Numbered from the stretch's first letter, positions 1-9,962 are shown. The stretch: 64,000 nucleotides of DNA from Candidatus Omnitrophota bacterium (GCA_020429915.1 JAGQKV010000015.1:65593-129592); one strand, 5' to 3'. Notes: generated by a model not told the origin, from the letters alone. Numbers and translations: made by a program.

Positions 1-242
1 TCGCCCTGCGCGTTGCTCGCCTCCACCTGAATGGATTTCGCGGCCCGCCCGTCAGCGGTCACCGCGTCCACGATTTCGTTGGCCTCATGCCACAAGTCAC
101 TGCGAACGATCTGATCTTCCAGGGCCTCCCAATTGGTGACAAAAACAGCAAAGATCACCCCGCCCATTACCGAGATCATCAGGACCACGGCCAGCATCTC
201 GGTCAAAGTGAAACCAGTCTGGGAACGTCGGGTCCGCTGCAT
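1..242 (-). CDS. Pseudopilin/minor pilin with prepilin-type N-terminal cleavage/methylation motif. Partial: the N-terminus is at 242 and the C-terminus lies beyond the window start.
   Basis: Reverse-strand translation from the ATG at 242..240 gives MQRTRRSQTG|FTLTEMLAVVLMISVMGGVIFAVFV..., a class III signal peptide with Gly at -1 and Glu at +5. It is not in the ORF track because it runs off the window. Confidence 0.6.
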   Translation of the reverse strand, partial: MQRTRRSQTGFTLTEMLAVVLMISVMGGVIFAVFVTNWEALEDQIVRSDLWHEANEIVDAVTADGRAAKSIQVEASNAQG

Positions 243-243
243 C

Positions 244-2424
244 TTACACCCCTCCGTTCCGGCGCAACTGGATGATGATCGACCGCGTCTCACCGCTGCG
301 TAAGTCCTGGATGACTTCCGAGTGCGGCTGATAATTGGCCGGGTCGTGGTTGATATCCAGACCGTGATTCCGCGTTCCGGTCTGATAATAACCGTCGGCG
401 GGCAGTCCCAACGGCGGCCAGGTCTCCGGAATATTGCTAAAGGTCGCTACCCCGCCGCCGGTAGTGACCTGCGTGAGATTTGATCCGGAGTACGGATCGA
501 GGACCACGGCCACCCCGTCCATCGGTTGCCCCGTGGTCTGATCGAAAACCGTTACCGTGACATTGGCAAAACCGCGCGGCCACATGCGTGCATCGTAGTC
601 GGTGACGGAATCCGTATTGATCGGGACGTCATACCCACTGGAACCGCGGCGAACATACTGATCGTTACCCACGGACTCATTGGTGTAGTAACCGCTGCGT
701 TGCGCCGAGAAGCGGTAGTTGTTGGTCTGCAGTCGAAAACCGGTTTGGGCCGGGTCACAGGCGATTTGATAGTCGCCGGTGGCATCGGTGGTATCCGTTA
801 CCGAGATGTTCACGCTCACACCCTGCAAGGCGTTGCCCGTGGCATCGTCGATCAAGGTACCGCCGACGTTGCCGCAATTTTGGTCCTGCACCGGAATGAC
901 AAGCGTGCCGATATCGCGCGGCGGGTCCCCGGGAAGGAGCGGGCCGGGGTACAAGCGGTTACTGTCCCGGCTGACATTTTGCAGTAGATCGCAACAGGTC
1001 ATCACGGCCACCTGGCCGTTGGCCCACACCTCCAGAAAATTTCGGTTGGGATCGGATGCCGGGAACATGGCCTGGACCGCCGGGACGCTAAAGGTGAAGT
1101 TTCCATTACCGTCTGTCGAGGCGGTTTGCAATTGAGTCCCTTTGCGCCAATCCTGATAATCGCTGCGTGGCCAGCGCGCGCGCACCGTGGCATTGGCTAC
1201 CGGCTGTCCGTTGCTGTCGATCACCCGTCCGGTAATAAGCACCTCGGGAACCGGCGTGACGGGAAGGTCGAGCTGAATGTTATCGCCCGGACGGACCTCA
1301 ATCCGGTCGGCCGCGCTGCTGCCGAAATAGGGATTGGAACAGATCAGGCTCATATCGTCCTGGACCACTGCCGTGGAAAATCCCTCCCTCTGATACTGAT
1401 ATGTGCAGGAAGGCGCCCCGGCCGCGCCGACCGCGTAGGCATAACCCAGCCGAAAGGCGTCGGTGGTGTTAACAGTGAAGTACTGAGGATCCGTGTCGTC
1501 GAAGGCGATTGTAAAGTTGTAGTCGCGCCGGTTGCTGGTGCGCGTCACGCGCGATCCGTTTTGATACAAATTAATTTGGCCGCGACTGAAGGTGGAAATC
1601 AACTGGCCCGTGCTCTGATCAATTACATTGCCGAAAATATGCGCTTCGTCCGGCTTGGGCGTCAGACAAAACGACAGGTCCGCCTTTTCTTCGTTGGGAC
1701 TGATCGTGATCGGCACGGGATGCGTGTACGGCTGGTAACGGTTGTCATTGACCGTCAGGATATAGGAGCCGGCCGGCAGGATAAAGCGGCCCTGACCGAA
1801 GTTATCAAAACCGTCAAACTCGGCAAAACTGAAGTTGGCGCCGTCATCATCCGTAAAACCCACCGAGGTGGTGCTGTAGGAAGCTGTCGAGGTGGTCGAG
1901 TCGAGTTCGACGCGGATCCCGCCGAGCGGGTCCATGGAAGCATCCTCGGAGCAAACAAAACCCTTCAGATTTCCGGCCAGCGGATCGGGCGGCCGCGACA
2001 AATAGGCCACGGAGCGGCGCTGCTGGGCCATCCCGTTGAGATCCTGCCAGGTCACGCTGACCACCGTCCTTTTCAGTTCCGGACTGCCGTTAACCAGGGT
2101 CACCTGCAGCGAACGGTCGAACCCGCCGAAGATGGTATCACCTGATAAATCACGTAGACCGCAGTCCAAATCGGCATTGTCCGGCGGAAAATCGCAGCGT
2201 TCCAGCATGTCAAAGACGGTATCCGCCTGCGCGACGCGCCGGACCTCTTCCTGGCTTTGCTGCAACAAGTTGGTTGCCGTGACGATATCACGCGCCATCG
2301 CCTGGCTGCGGGTCATCACGGACACCGAAACCCATCCGGCAACGCTGATCAGCGATATGACGACCACACCGACCATCATCTCCACCAGCGTTAGGCCCTG
2401 CTTGTTACGATTGACTAACAGCAT
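244..2424 (-). CDS. 726-aa prepilin-type protein with repeated carboxypeptidase-regulatory-like beta-sandwich domains. Putative pilus-tip or minor-pilin adhesin.
   Basis: N-terminus MLLVNRNKQG|LTLVEMMVGVVVISL is a class III signal with E at +5. At least four copies of a [ST]G-x-V-x-D-x-x-TG-x-P-[IML]-x-G-[AV]-x-V motif follow (GRVIDSNGQPVANATV, GTLIDDATGNALQGVSV, VTVFDQTTGQPMDGVAV, GNVIDQSTGQLIS). It is co-oriented and contiguous with pilQ. Confidence 0.65.
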   Translation of the reverse strand: MLLVNRNKQGLTLVEMMVGVVVISLISVAGWVSVSVMTRSQAMARDIVTATNLLQQSQEEVRRVAQADTVFDMLERCDFPPDNADLDCGLRDLSGDTIFGGFDRSLQVTLVNGSPELKRTVVSVTWQDLNGMAQQRRSVAYLSRPPDPLAGNLKGFVCSEDASMDPLGGIRVELDSTTSTASYSTTSVGFTDDDGANFSFAEFDGFDNFGQGRFILPAGSYILTVNDNRYQPYTHPVPITISPNEEKADLSFCLTPKPDEAHIFGNVIDQSTGQLISTFSRGQINLYQNGSRVTRTSNRRDYNFTIAFDDTDPQYFTVNTTDAFRLGYAYAVGAAGAPSCTYQYQREGFSTAVVQDDMSLICSNPYFGSSAADRIEVRPGDNIQLDLPVTPVPEVLITGRVIDSNGQPVANATVRARWPRSDYQDWRKGTQLQTASTDGNGNFTFSVPAVQAMFPASDPNRNFLEVWANGQVAVMTCCDLLQNVSRDSNRLYPGPLLPGDPPRDIGTLVIPVQDQNCGNVGGTLIDDATGNALQGVSVNISVTDTTDATGDYQIACDPAQTGFRLQTNNYRFSAQRSGYYTNESVGNDQYVRRGSSGYDVPINTDSVTDYDARMWPRGFANVTVTVFDQTTGQPMDGVAVVLDPYSGSNLTQVTTGGGVATFSNIPETWPPLGLPADGYYQTGTRNHGLDINHDPANYQPHSEVIQDLRSGETRSIIIQLRRNGGV

Positions 2425-2511
2425 GTCACATTCCGGTTCCTACTGAGACGTTAAACAGAAAAACCCCACTCTTCGAAGTGAGGTTTTTCCTGATTCTTCC
2501 GCACACCGGGG

Positions 2512-5502
2512 TTATTCCCGGCCGTGAACAATCGTCGGGATGACCGTAATAATCAGTTCGGTGTCGACGGCGGTATTTCTCTCGTAGCTGAATAGATTTC
2601 CGAAAAGCGGGAGGTCCCCGAAAAACGGCACTTTGAACAGGCTTTGCTTGTCCTCCTGGTTGAGAATTCCTCCCAACACAAAAGGCTGTTTGTTTTCGAC
2701 GCGCACGTGCGCCGTAGCCTCACGCGTGCGTACCTGCGGAAACTCGTCGTTCGGCCCGCGGAACGCCACGATAAAACTCACTTCCGGTTCCACCTTCATG
2801 ACCACAAAGTTCTGCTCGATGATCGAGGGCGTGATCGTCAAACGGATACCGGGTTCCACAAAGCGGACGTCATTGGTCACGACACCGCCGGTGATATTGG
2901 TGATCGTATACGGGACTTCATCGCCGACGAAAATTTCCGCCTGTTTCCCGTTGAGCGTGGAGACCCGCGGCGCGGACAAGACCTTCGCCTTGTTCTGCTG
3001 CTCCAGCATACGGATGGTCGTTTCGAATTGCAGCGGATTGCGCTGGATCTGAGCGATCCGGTAGAACCCGCTGTCGGAGTTCTCGACATCGTCGAAGTCC
3101 TGCGGCCGGCCGCTTTCCTGATACAACAGGTTGATCTGATCGGACCAGTCCACACCGAGATCCTTGAGCGCGTTTTTGTCGACTTCGATAATCTTGGCCT
3201 CCAGGATCACCTGCGGCTGCGGATTATCGAGCATTTCCACGAGCTGTTCGACCTGGGCTACATCCTTCGGGTCACCGGTCACCATCAGACTGTTGAGCTC
3301 TTCGCTGATGCTGACATTGTCCGCCAGGTCTTCCACCAGGTTTTTGGCTTCCTGCACGTTGACGTTGCGGACCTTGATCATCCGCGAGACCTTATTCTCG
3401 TAGCGTAGCTTTTCGTTTTCCGTAATAAACAAGGCTTGGCCGACCAGCTTGAAGCCCAGATCATACGAGTTGGCGACAAGCAGCAACGCGTCTTCCAATG
3501 TGATTTGCTTCAGGTGCAGATCGAGCGTATTGCTCTTCAATGCCGGGTCGAGCATGATGTTCATGTCACCGGCTTCGCCCATAATCAGGAGTATGTCGGA
3601 CAAATTCGTATTATCGAAATCCAGATCGATCCGCTTGTTGCGGTTCTGCACCGGGATGGCCTTGCGAACGATCTCTTCCGCCGTGACGACCGTAGTCTTG
3701 TCGGCCGGTTTGGCCTTCACTTCCGCCGGTTGCGGTTCTTCTGCCGTCATCTGGATATCGGCGGCCTCTTTGAGGGCCTGGTCGATTTTTAGATTCCGGC
3801 TGATGTCTTCAACGGTCTGTTCTTCGACGGGAACTTCCCAATAGTCCAGCGCGGCGACCTCTTCCTTAAGCAATCCGCTGGGACTGAGCTTGCGCTTGAT
3901 CTTGGTCGCCAGGTCCTCTTCCGGTTCATGCATCGGCGTATCTTCCACGGCTTCCGCGGTGTCGTCGGACGCCGGATCTGTGCGCATGGAATCCCGCAGG
4001 GCCTTAAACTCGGCCTCCATGGATTCCTCGGTGCGCTTGCCCTTTTCCTTGGGCGACTTGATCGTCTTTTTACTGACGGCCTTTTCCGCGGGCTTGACTT
4101 GGGCCGCGTCCATCGCTGCCTGCTCGTCCGCCGGCGGAGTCACTTTCTCGGGCTCCGGTTGTTCCGGTTCCGTCTCCGGAATGTCCTGTTGATAAACGAT
4201 ACCTTTATTCATGACCACTTCCGGTTCCGCGGCCTTCTCTTCGGCATCTTCCTTGACATCGATAATGACCGGGTTGGGTAATGTCTTAAGCGGTTCGTCG
4301 GTGACCTTGGCCAGCAAGATTTCCTCCGGTAGATCTTCGGGGTCCGGCATCACCATGACCACCGATTCGGCCTCCGCCTGGGATGCTTCCTCCGTATACA
4401 CGACTTCGTGCTCGGGAGCAGCGGTAGGACGGACAGAGCTGGCGATTTGCCCCAATTCATCGTCTTTCACGATCCGTGCGGCTTCAGTTTCCTCTGCGTG
4501 TAATAACTCGCGCATCTCTTGGAACCTGGCATCCGCCACGACGGCAATCTCGTCGGACTCCACTTCAGCGGGACCGGCGGCATGGGCTTCGGTGGCGGCG
4601 ATGCGCTCACCTTTGACAAAAATCGCCTTCAGCCCCGTAAAAAATCCCCTTTTCTCCTGAACATCTTCTTCCGCTTCCGGCATCTCTGCTGCGGAGGCGG
4701 TCTCGACGGCCACCGGTTCATCAGAACTGTCGCCGACATCTTCCATGATTTCCTGTAAAATCTTATCTTCCGCCGACTTGACCTGATCGGCTTGCGCCTG
4801 CGCAAATTGGACGGTCCGCGCTTTCTGCACCGCGGGGTCCTCGGTGTAAGCCGGCTCCGTCTCCGGCAATACGACAACCGGCTCGTCGGTCTCGGCGATC
4901 TTCTCGGGCATATCCTGGGCGATCTCGGCCTTGCTCATTTGGACGGTTTCTTCATCCCCTGAGTTAACCTTCTTCCACAGGGAACTGAAGGGCTTGACCT
5001 TCGGGGTATCACTCATGGCCTGGATTTGCTCCGGCTCCTTGACTGATACCGGCTCCGGTTGGGCGGAAGGCTGGCGTTCAGCTTTGGATGCGGTATCCCG
5101 GCCACGCAAGGCTGCGCTGATCTGCTCTTCCACCGCGGCAGCCATTTCCGGTCCCAGTTCGGGTTCCGGCTCGGCCTTCGCCATAACAGCTTCCGGTGTA
5201 CTCGGCCAGCCGAGTCCGAGCGAGATTTCTTCCCGTTCCAGCGAGTCGGCGATAAAATCGTTCTGTTCGTCGACCAGTGTCGACGATTCGAAATCCACGT
5301 CGCTGTAGTTGGTCCGCTCCCGGGCACGGTCCTGTCCGGTTTCCCGCTCTCCATAGTAGTCAGGACGTTCTTCCTTTAACAGTTTCCAAATTTTGGCCTT
5401 TTGCACTTGGGCCGGGTCGTCCTCGGCCCGCACGATTCCGGTTACCGACATCGTTCCCGTCGCCACCAGCGCGCACAGTATCGTCGTCAATGTCCTTTTC
5501 AC
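2512..5502 (-). CDS. pilQ: Type IV pilus secretin PilQ, 996 aa, with a ~500-aa acidic Glu/Pro/Ala/Lys-rich low-complexity N-terminal region.
   Basis: The C-terminal ~400 aa show secretin-family hallmarks (VLSAPRVSTLNGKQAEIFVGDEVPY, GGILNQEDKQSLFKVPFFGDLPLFGNLF). It sits downstream of pilP in a pilMNOPQ arrangement and has a signal peptide. Confidence 0.85.
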   Translation of the reverse strand: MKRTLTTILCALVATGTMSVTGIVRAEDDPAQVQKAKIWKLLKEERPDYYGERETGQDRARERTNYSDVDFESSTLVDEQNDFIADSLEREEISLGLGWPSTPEAVMAKAEPEPELGPEMAAAVEEQISAALRGRDTASKAERQPSAQPEPVSVKEPEQIQAMSDTPKVKPFSSLWKKVNSGDEETVQMSKAEIAQDMPEKIAETDEPVVVLPETEPAYTEDPAVQKARTVQFAQAQADQVKSAEDKILQEIMEDVGDSSDEPVAVETASAAEMPEAEEDVQEKRGFFTGLKAIFVKGERIAATEAHAAGPAEVESDEIAVVADARFQEMRELLHAEETEAARIVKDDELGQIASSVRPTAAPEHEVVYTEEASQAEAESVVMVMPDPEDLPEEILLAKVTDEPLKTLPNPVIIDVKEDAEEKAAEPEVVMNKGIVYQQDIPETEPEQPEPEKVTPPADEQAAMDAAQVKPAEKAVSKKTIKSPKEKGKRTEESMEAEFKALRDSMRTDPASDDTAEAVEDTPMHEPEEDLATKIKRKLSPSGLLKEEVAALDYWEVPVEEQTVEDISRNLKIDQALKEAADIQMTAEEPQPAEVKAKPADKTTVVTAEEIVRKAIPVQNRNKRIDLDFDNTNLSDILLIMGEAGDMNIMLDPALKSNTLDLHLKQITLEDALLLVANSYDLGFKLVGQALFITENEKLRYENKVSRMIKVRNVNVQEAKNLVEDLADNVSISEELNSLMVTGDPKDVAQVEQLVEMLDNPQPQVILEAKIIEVDKNALKDLGVDWSDQINLLYQESGRPQDFDDVENSDSGFYRIAQIQRNPLQFETTIRMLEQQNKAKVLSAPRVSTLNGKQAEIFVGDEVPYTITNITGGVVTNDVRFVEPGIRLTITPSIIEQNFVVMKVEPEVSFIVAFRGPNDEFPQVRTREATAHVRVENKQPFVLGGILNQEDKQSLFKVPFFGDLPLFGNLFSYERNTAVDTELIITVIPTIVHGRE

Positions 5503-5948
5503 TTCGCTTCCCCTCGTTTCAGCGTTACCGTCTGTTCGCCATTCGTTAATATCACTTCATCCGGTCCGATTTTGGTTATGGTGAAGTCTTTCAGTTTATC
5601 GTCTTTGCGGTACGTTCCCTTATCCTGTCCGCTCTTGAGAAAAGCCACGTATTCGTCGTTTTCCTTGAAGACGCCTAAAAACTTAAAACGCTTAAGATCC
5701 TGTCCTTGTTGCGGAATGCCGGCAAAGACCGGCGACTTTCTTTCTTCCTGGATGAGCGGCTCGAACGGATCACGGGTCACATCAATCGCCGCCTTCTTGG
5801 GTTTAAGAATGAGTTTCGCCAATTGCTCGTCGTCGATCTTCTCCAAGACGGGTTTGGCGACAACCGGTTTCGCCTCGGTCTTGAATCCGGCCAGGTCGCA
5901 TCCGGCGGCCAGCAATACGGTCATCATCGTCAAAGTCAGTCGTTTCAT
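5499..5948 (-). CDS. pilP: Pilus assembly lipoprotein PilP.
   Basis: Lipoprotein signal MKRLTLTMMTVLLAAGC. Called from size (149 aa) and its position between pilO and pilQ; its start overlaps the pilO stop. Confidence 0.55.
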   Translation of the reverse strand: MKRLTLTMMTVLLAAGCDLAGFKTEAKPVVAKPVLEKIDDEQLAKLILKPKKAAIDVTRDPFEPLIQEERKSPVFAGIPQQGQDLKRFKFLGVFKENDEYVAFLKSGQDKGTYRKDDKLKDFTITKIGPDEVILTNGEQTVTLKRGEAK

Positions 5949-6580
5949 CGGGTCTCAATCTCCGAGAGTTGTTTCAGGCTATAGATTTTCAGAGTATACT
6001 CGCATTTCAACGTCGGATAGTCACGTCCGGACTCGATCTCGACATTGGAAACTGTCACCAGTTGCTGAAACTCGTCCAACGTGTCGAAGAACTTCAGCAG
6101 CGAATCAAAATTCCCTTCGATCTTCATGTTGATCGGCATCGCCGCCAGAGTAATAATCTTGTCAATCTTCTGCCGCCGTTCGCGGTCCAGCTGAGCCGCG
6201 GTCTTTTTGCGCTCTTGATACCGGGTCTGGGCGGTGTCCACGTCCACTGAACGGACTTCCCGGAAGGCCTTGGTCTTCATGTCGGTGATGCTGACTTCGG
6301 CAGCCTTTGCCATTTGGGATATATCGTCGAGAAAGGCGGGGATGTCCTGCTCCTGGAACAAGGCCGCCTCGAATTCGGCTTTCTCCTGCTCGTAGCGGGC
6401 GATCTTGGCCTTGATCAGCCGGATCTCCTCCTGGACCACTTCCATTTCATATTGCTTCTTGTCGAAGTCCTCCTGTGCCGCGGTGTACAAACGGAAATTG
6501 TGGACCGAGATCGCAATCAAAGCCGCGATCGTCAGCAGCGTGAGTCCGGTAAATAGTTGACTAATTCTCTTCTTGTTCAT
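5945..6580 (-). CDS. pilO: Pilus assembly protein PilO.
   Basis: Single N-terminal TM helix followed by a coiled-coil and a C-terminal domain; 211 aa. Called from gene order, immediately after pilMN, and from overlapping starts and stops. Confidence 0.55.
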   Translation of the reverse strand: MNKKRISQLFTGLTLLTIAALIAISVHNFRLYTAAQEDFDKKQYEMEVVQEEIRLIKAKIARYEQEKAEFEAALFQEQDIPAFLDDISQMAKAAEVSITDMKTKAFREVRSVDVDTAQTRYQERKKTAAQLDRERRQKIDKIITLAAMPINMKIEGNFDSLLKFFDTLDEFQQLVTVSNVEIESGRDYPTLKCEYTLKIYSLKQLSEIETR

Positions 6581-8069
6581 CGGTGTCCGTTTCGCGCGGT
6601 TCTTCGTCCTTGAGTTTGGCCAGGATGCCGAAATTCAGGATCTTTTGATCGGCGACTTCTCCTTCCTTGAGAAAGTCAAACTTGGCCTTATCCAAAATCG
6701 CCGAATCTTCGATCCGTCGGATCATCTCAGCGATGGATTCCATTTTTAGCGCCTGCCCCTTGATGGTAGCGCGACCTTCTTCATTAAAGCGGAACGATTT
6801 CAACGCCAGCTCCTCGGGAAGTTCGTTAGCGACCACGGCAAACACCTGAGCCCACGAGACGCGGTTCAACTGCTGCACGTAAGTGGCCTGCGCCAGGAAG
6901 CGCTGGCGGATCGCGTCATACTCATGATGCTGCGCGTAAAGCTCCTGGGCCTCTCCCTTCAAAAAGCGGGTCTTGCCTTCGGCGGCCCGGCTCTGCAGGA
7001 CATACTGTTTGGTATGCGCATTAAGCCAGTGGTTGCCTTCATTAAAGAATATCCCAAAAAACGCAATGATCAAGGCGGCCATGGCCCCGGCCTTCAGTGC
7101 GTACCGGGTCATCTGAAAGCGGCTGAAGAAGTGTTGTAAGTTATACTGCGGCTTGATCTTGTGAATATATCCCGAGATCGGCGACAAGGCCGTGGCATAG
7201 ATCGGATTGAGCGGATAATTCTCGGTCGTTTTAATTTTGGGAATCTTGCGGACATCGAGGATCTCGACCGGGTTGTCGAATGCATCGGCCAGGTACTGAT
7301 CGAGATTCGGCGCGACCTCTTTATCCCACACCAGCCAGATCTTGTTAATACGGATGGTCCGGTTGTCCAGCAAATAGGCCTTGAGCGCTCGCTTCAATTG
7401 GGATGCCCAGTCGTTGGCGATCATCTTGATCTGTTCCTGGGACACGGTGTGCTGGAATTGATTCAATCCCGCCGGCATGATGTAAAAGTTTTTGTATTGG
7501 TGCGAGTCGTAAATGCTCAAGTAGGTCTGTCTGTCGGAGACGACCACACAGGCGTCACAATCGTAAACGTGATCGATTTTGTTGGTGACGTCCCGGAAAT
7601 TCAACGGAGTCAGTTCGACGTGTTCAAAGGGAATACCGGTGCGGTGAATCTCGCGCAGCACGGCATCGAGAACGTCACGCCGGATCGCCGCCAGGATCAC
7701 CCGGACCTTGTCGCGGCCGAGCGGATATTTGCGGTAAATGTAGTCGTATTCCTGTCGGTGAAAGGCGGGAATTTTCTCGATCTCCGACGTGACGACCGTC
7801 TCGAATTCCCGCTTGGTGAGCTTGGGCAGGGTCAGCTGGTGAATCACGGTGTCCTTGCGCGAAATGGACACAAAGATCCGGGTCGGCTTGACCTGCTCCT
7901 CTTTGATCAGCGACTTGATCGACTGACACAGCGCACGCGGCGACAGGATATCGAAATCGATCTTCGCCTTGCCCGCCTTGAGGATCGTATTGCTGAAAGG
8001 ACTGGATTTGAGATAGACATACCGGATGAAGTCATCCGATATGTCTATCCCGAGGTATTTGTTTAGCAT
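6561..8069 (-). CDS. pilMN: Fused PilM-PilN pilus assembly protein: an actin-like ATPase-fold PilM domain joined to a TM-anchored PilN domain.
   Basis: The N-terminus LGIDISDDFIRYVYL resembles the PilM GIDIG start. About 330 aa of cytoplasmic domain are followed by a TM helix (AMAALIIAFFGIFF) and a ~150-aa PilN-like periplasmic part. At 502 aa it matches PilM plus PilN, and it sits between pilA and pilO. Confidence 0.65.
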   Translation of the reverse strand: MLNKYLGIDISDDFIRYVYLKSSPFSNTILKAGKAKIDFDILSPRALCQSIKSLIKEEQVKPTRIFVSISRKDTVIHQLTLPKLTKREFETVVTSEIEKIPAFHRQEYDYIYRKYPLGRDKVRVILAAIRRDVLDAVLREIHRTGIPFEHVELTPLNFRDVTNKIDHVYDCDACVVVSDRQTYLSIYDSHQYKNFYIMPAGLNQFQHTVSQEQIKMIANDWASQLKRALKAYLLDNRTIRINKIWLVWDKEVAPNLDQYLADAFDNPVEILDVRKIPKIKTTENYPLNPIYATALSPISGYIHKIKPQYNLQHFFSRFQMTRYALKAGAMAALIIAFFGIFFNEGNHWLNAHTKQYVLQSRAAEGKTRFLKGEAQELYAQHHEYDAIRQRFLAQATYVQQLNRVSWAQVFAVVANELPEELALKSFRFNEEGRATIKGQALKMESIAEMIRRIEDSAILDKAKFDFLKEGEVADQKILNFGILAKLKDEEPRETDTDEQEEN

Positions 8070-8094
8070 AAGGATTCCTTACCAGGTTTCGTTC

Positions 8095-8493
8095 TTATGC
8101 TCCGGAGCATGTTCCCGGAAGCGTGTCCCCGCCGACCGTTACTTCCACGGTGCTGCAGGCCACTTTCCCGGCATTGATATCACCGGCCGCGACATCAGGA
8201 GAATCTTCGATGTCATAACCGCCGCCGAACGGATTTTCGGGAACTTCTTCCAGAAAGTTTCCGTCCGTCAGGTCGGTGATGTCGGCACATTGCGTCCAAT
8301 CCCGCTCCTGGGTGTAGCACATAAACAGCGCCACGTTAATGGTGTTCAGATTGCTTTGGTGTGCGGTCACGTTCCCGCGTTCGATGGCCTGCAAGACGTT
8401 CGGCAGGATCAGCGACAACAGGATCCCGGCCACAACCAAGACGATCAGAATTTCTGTGAGGGTAAACCCTTTTTGCTCGTTGATTCGCTTCAT
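8095..8493 (-). CDS. pilA: Type IV major pilin, prepilin with a class III signal.
   Basis: MKRINEQKG|FTLTEILIVLVVAGILLSLILP has E at +5. The C-terminal Cys pair (CSTVEV...GTCS) fits a pilin D-region disulfide. The AGGGAG RBS lies 9 nt upstream of the ATG at 8493, so the ORF-track start at 8544 is an upstream extension. Confidence 0.75.
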   Translation of the reverse strand: MKRINEQKGFTLTEILIVLVVAGILLSLILPNVLQAIERGNVTAHQSNLNTINVALFMCYTQERDWTQCADITDLTDGNFLEEVPENPFGGGYDIEDSPDVAAGDINAGKVACSTVEVTVGGDTLPGTCSGA

Positions 8494-8532
8494 TTTCCGT
8501 TTTCTCCCTTTCAGCTCATGGTTTAAGTTGAA

Positions 8533-8563
8533 AAATTTGAACATCCTATATATTTAAGTCAAC
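8533..8563 (-). promoter_or_regulatory. Candidate sigma70 promoter for pilA: TTGACT, 16-17 nt spacer, TCAAAT.
   Basis: Reverse strand reads TTGACTtaaatatataggatgTTCAAAT about 45 nt upstream of the pilA RBS. No convincing sigma54 -24/-12 element was found. Confidence 0.3.
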
Positions 8564-8735
8564 ATTTTGCGCAACACTTTCAACAATTTCGGACGGCCGG
8601 TGCCGGGAATATCGTCGTAAGTATCTCAAAAAGCCGTTAATTCTGAATATGTTGCGAATGCGTTCCCCCTATAGAGGAGCAATTTATATACCAAAAACTT
8701 GGAATTTTTTGTTTTTTCTGGGAATATTTGCCAAA

Positions 8736-9938
8736 TCAATGCATCAATCCCTGCCAAACCGAGAATATCGGCATATAAATGGCCAAGAGGGTGACCAGCA
8801 CGATGGCCCCCACGATCAGAATCAGGGCGGGCTCGAGGTAGGTAAAAAACCGGCTCTGCTTGTAGTCGACTTCCTCGTCGAAATGATCGGCCAGATGCGC
8901 GAAGGCCTGGGAGATCGTCCCGCTGGACTCGCCCACGCCGACCATCTCCACAAACATGACCGGAAACAGCGGCACCTCCCGGAAGGAATCATACAGGCTG
9001 TTTCCTCGTTCCACCTTTTTCTGCACGGCGTCGATCTGGTCCGCCACGAATTCGTTGGATGCCGTTGTCTTGGCCACACGGAAGCTGTCAATGATCGGCA
9101 GACCGGAGGCGACCAGGATGCTGAGAGACCGGACGAACCGTCCGAGGGTGAGCGCGCGCAGGATATCGCCGAAGACCGGCAGTTTCAACTTTTGGCGGTC
9201 CATCCCGTAGCGGAACCGGGCACTCCGGGAGAGCGATCGGTAGCCGATGGTGCCGCCGATCACCAATATTATTATACCCAAGATCGTCCACGGAGAACGC
9301 AGGAATTCGGAAATACTGAGGACCATTTGGGTGAAAAACGGCAGCTCGACTTTGAGCCTGACGAGGACTTTCTGGTAAGTGGGCACGAAGAACGTGAACA
9401 TACCCACAAAGACCGCCAAGGCAAAACAGATGACGAATATGGGATACCACGTCGCGCGGCGGACACGCGCCACAAAGACACGCTGGTACTCCAGGTGCTC
9501 GGTCAGCCGGCGCAGAATGGTGGTCAGCCCCCCCGCCTTTTCGGCAACCTCGATCATCGCCCGGTAAATCCCGGGAAAGATCCGCGGGAAGTCCTCCAAC
9601 GCAGCGGAGAGCGTCTTGCCCTCCTCGAGGCGGTTACGCAGGTGGCTGATGACCAGCTGCATCTGCTTGTCCTCGGTCTGCCGCCACAGAATGTGCATCG
9701 CCCCCAGGATGGGAATCCCGGAATCGATCAGCGACGACAGACGCCGGGTAAAGACCAACAGCGATTCGAGATCCACTTTTTGATTAAAGATCTTCTCGCG
9801 ATGGGCGGGTTCGGCGGCGACGAAGAAGTAATTGGAATGCCGCAGGCGCTTCTTGAGGTCTTTTCTATCGTAGGCGTCGGTAAAGCCGTGGAGAGTTTTG
9901 CCGGTGTCGTCTTTGAGTTTGTAAATGTACGTGCGCAT
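8736..9938 (-). CDS. pilC: Type IV pilus inner-membrane platform protein PilC, GspF family.
   Basis: 400 aa with two GspF-type repeats and three TM segments. Typical motifs include GIPILGAMHIL and VGESSGTISQAFAHLADHF. Confidence 0.9.
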   Translation of the reverse strand: MRTYIYKLKDDTGKTLHGFTDAYDRKDLKKRLRHSNYFFVAAEPAHREKIFNQKVDLESLLVFTRRLSSLIDSGIPILGAMHILWRQTEDKQMQLVISHLRNRLEEGKTLSAALEDFPRIFPGIYRAMIEVAEKAGGLTTILRRLTEHLEYQRVFVARVRRATWYPIFVICFALAVFVGMFTFFVPTYQKVLVRLKVELPFFTQMVLSISEFLRSPWTILGIIILVIGGTIGYRSLSRSARFRYGMDRQKLKLPVFGDILRALTLGRFVRSLSILVASGLPIIDSFRVAKTTASNEFVADQIDAVQKKVERGNSLYDSFREVPLFPVMFVEMVGVGESSGTISQAFAHLADHFDEEVDYKQSRFFTYLEPALILIVGAIVLVTLLAIYMPIFSVWQGLMH

Positions 9939-9962
9939 CGTTTCGTGTCATCCCGCTCGTGC

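Noticed and set aside
87-275. 62-aa plus-strand ORF at the window start
   Set aside because: The opposite strand encodes a pseudopilin N-terminus with a textbook prepilin motif (GFTLTEML) starting at 242. The plus-strand ORF has no support.
2440-2500. A-run ... CTTCGAAG ... T-run between the giant pilin gene and pilQ as a terminator
   Set aside because: Only an 8-bp palindromic core with poor stem complementarity. The genes are 87 bp apart in an obvious operon.
8731-8760. Sigma54-like TGGCAG-N8-TGCA element for pilA
   Set aside because: GG-to-GC spacing is one nt too long, and the site lies inside the pilC 3' end about 240 nt from the pilA start. A sigma70-like TTGACT-16/17-TCAAAT nearer the gene is the more economical call.
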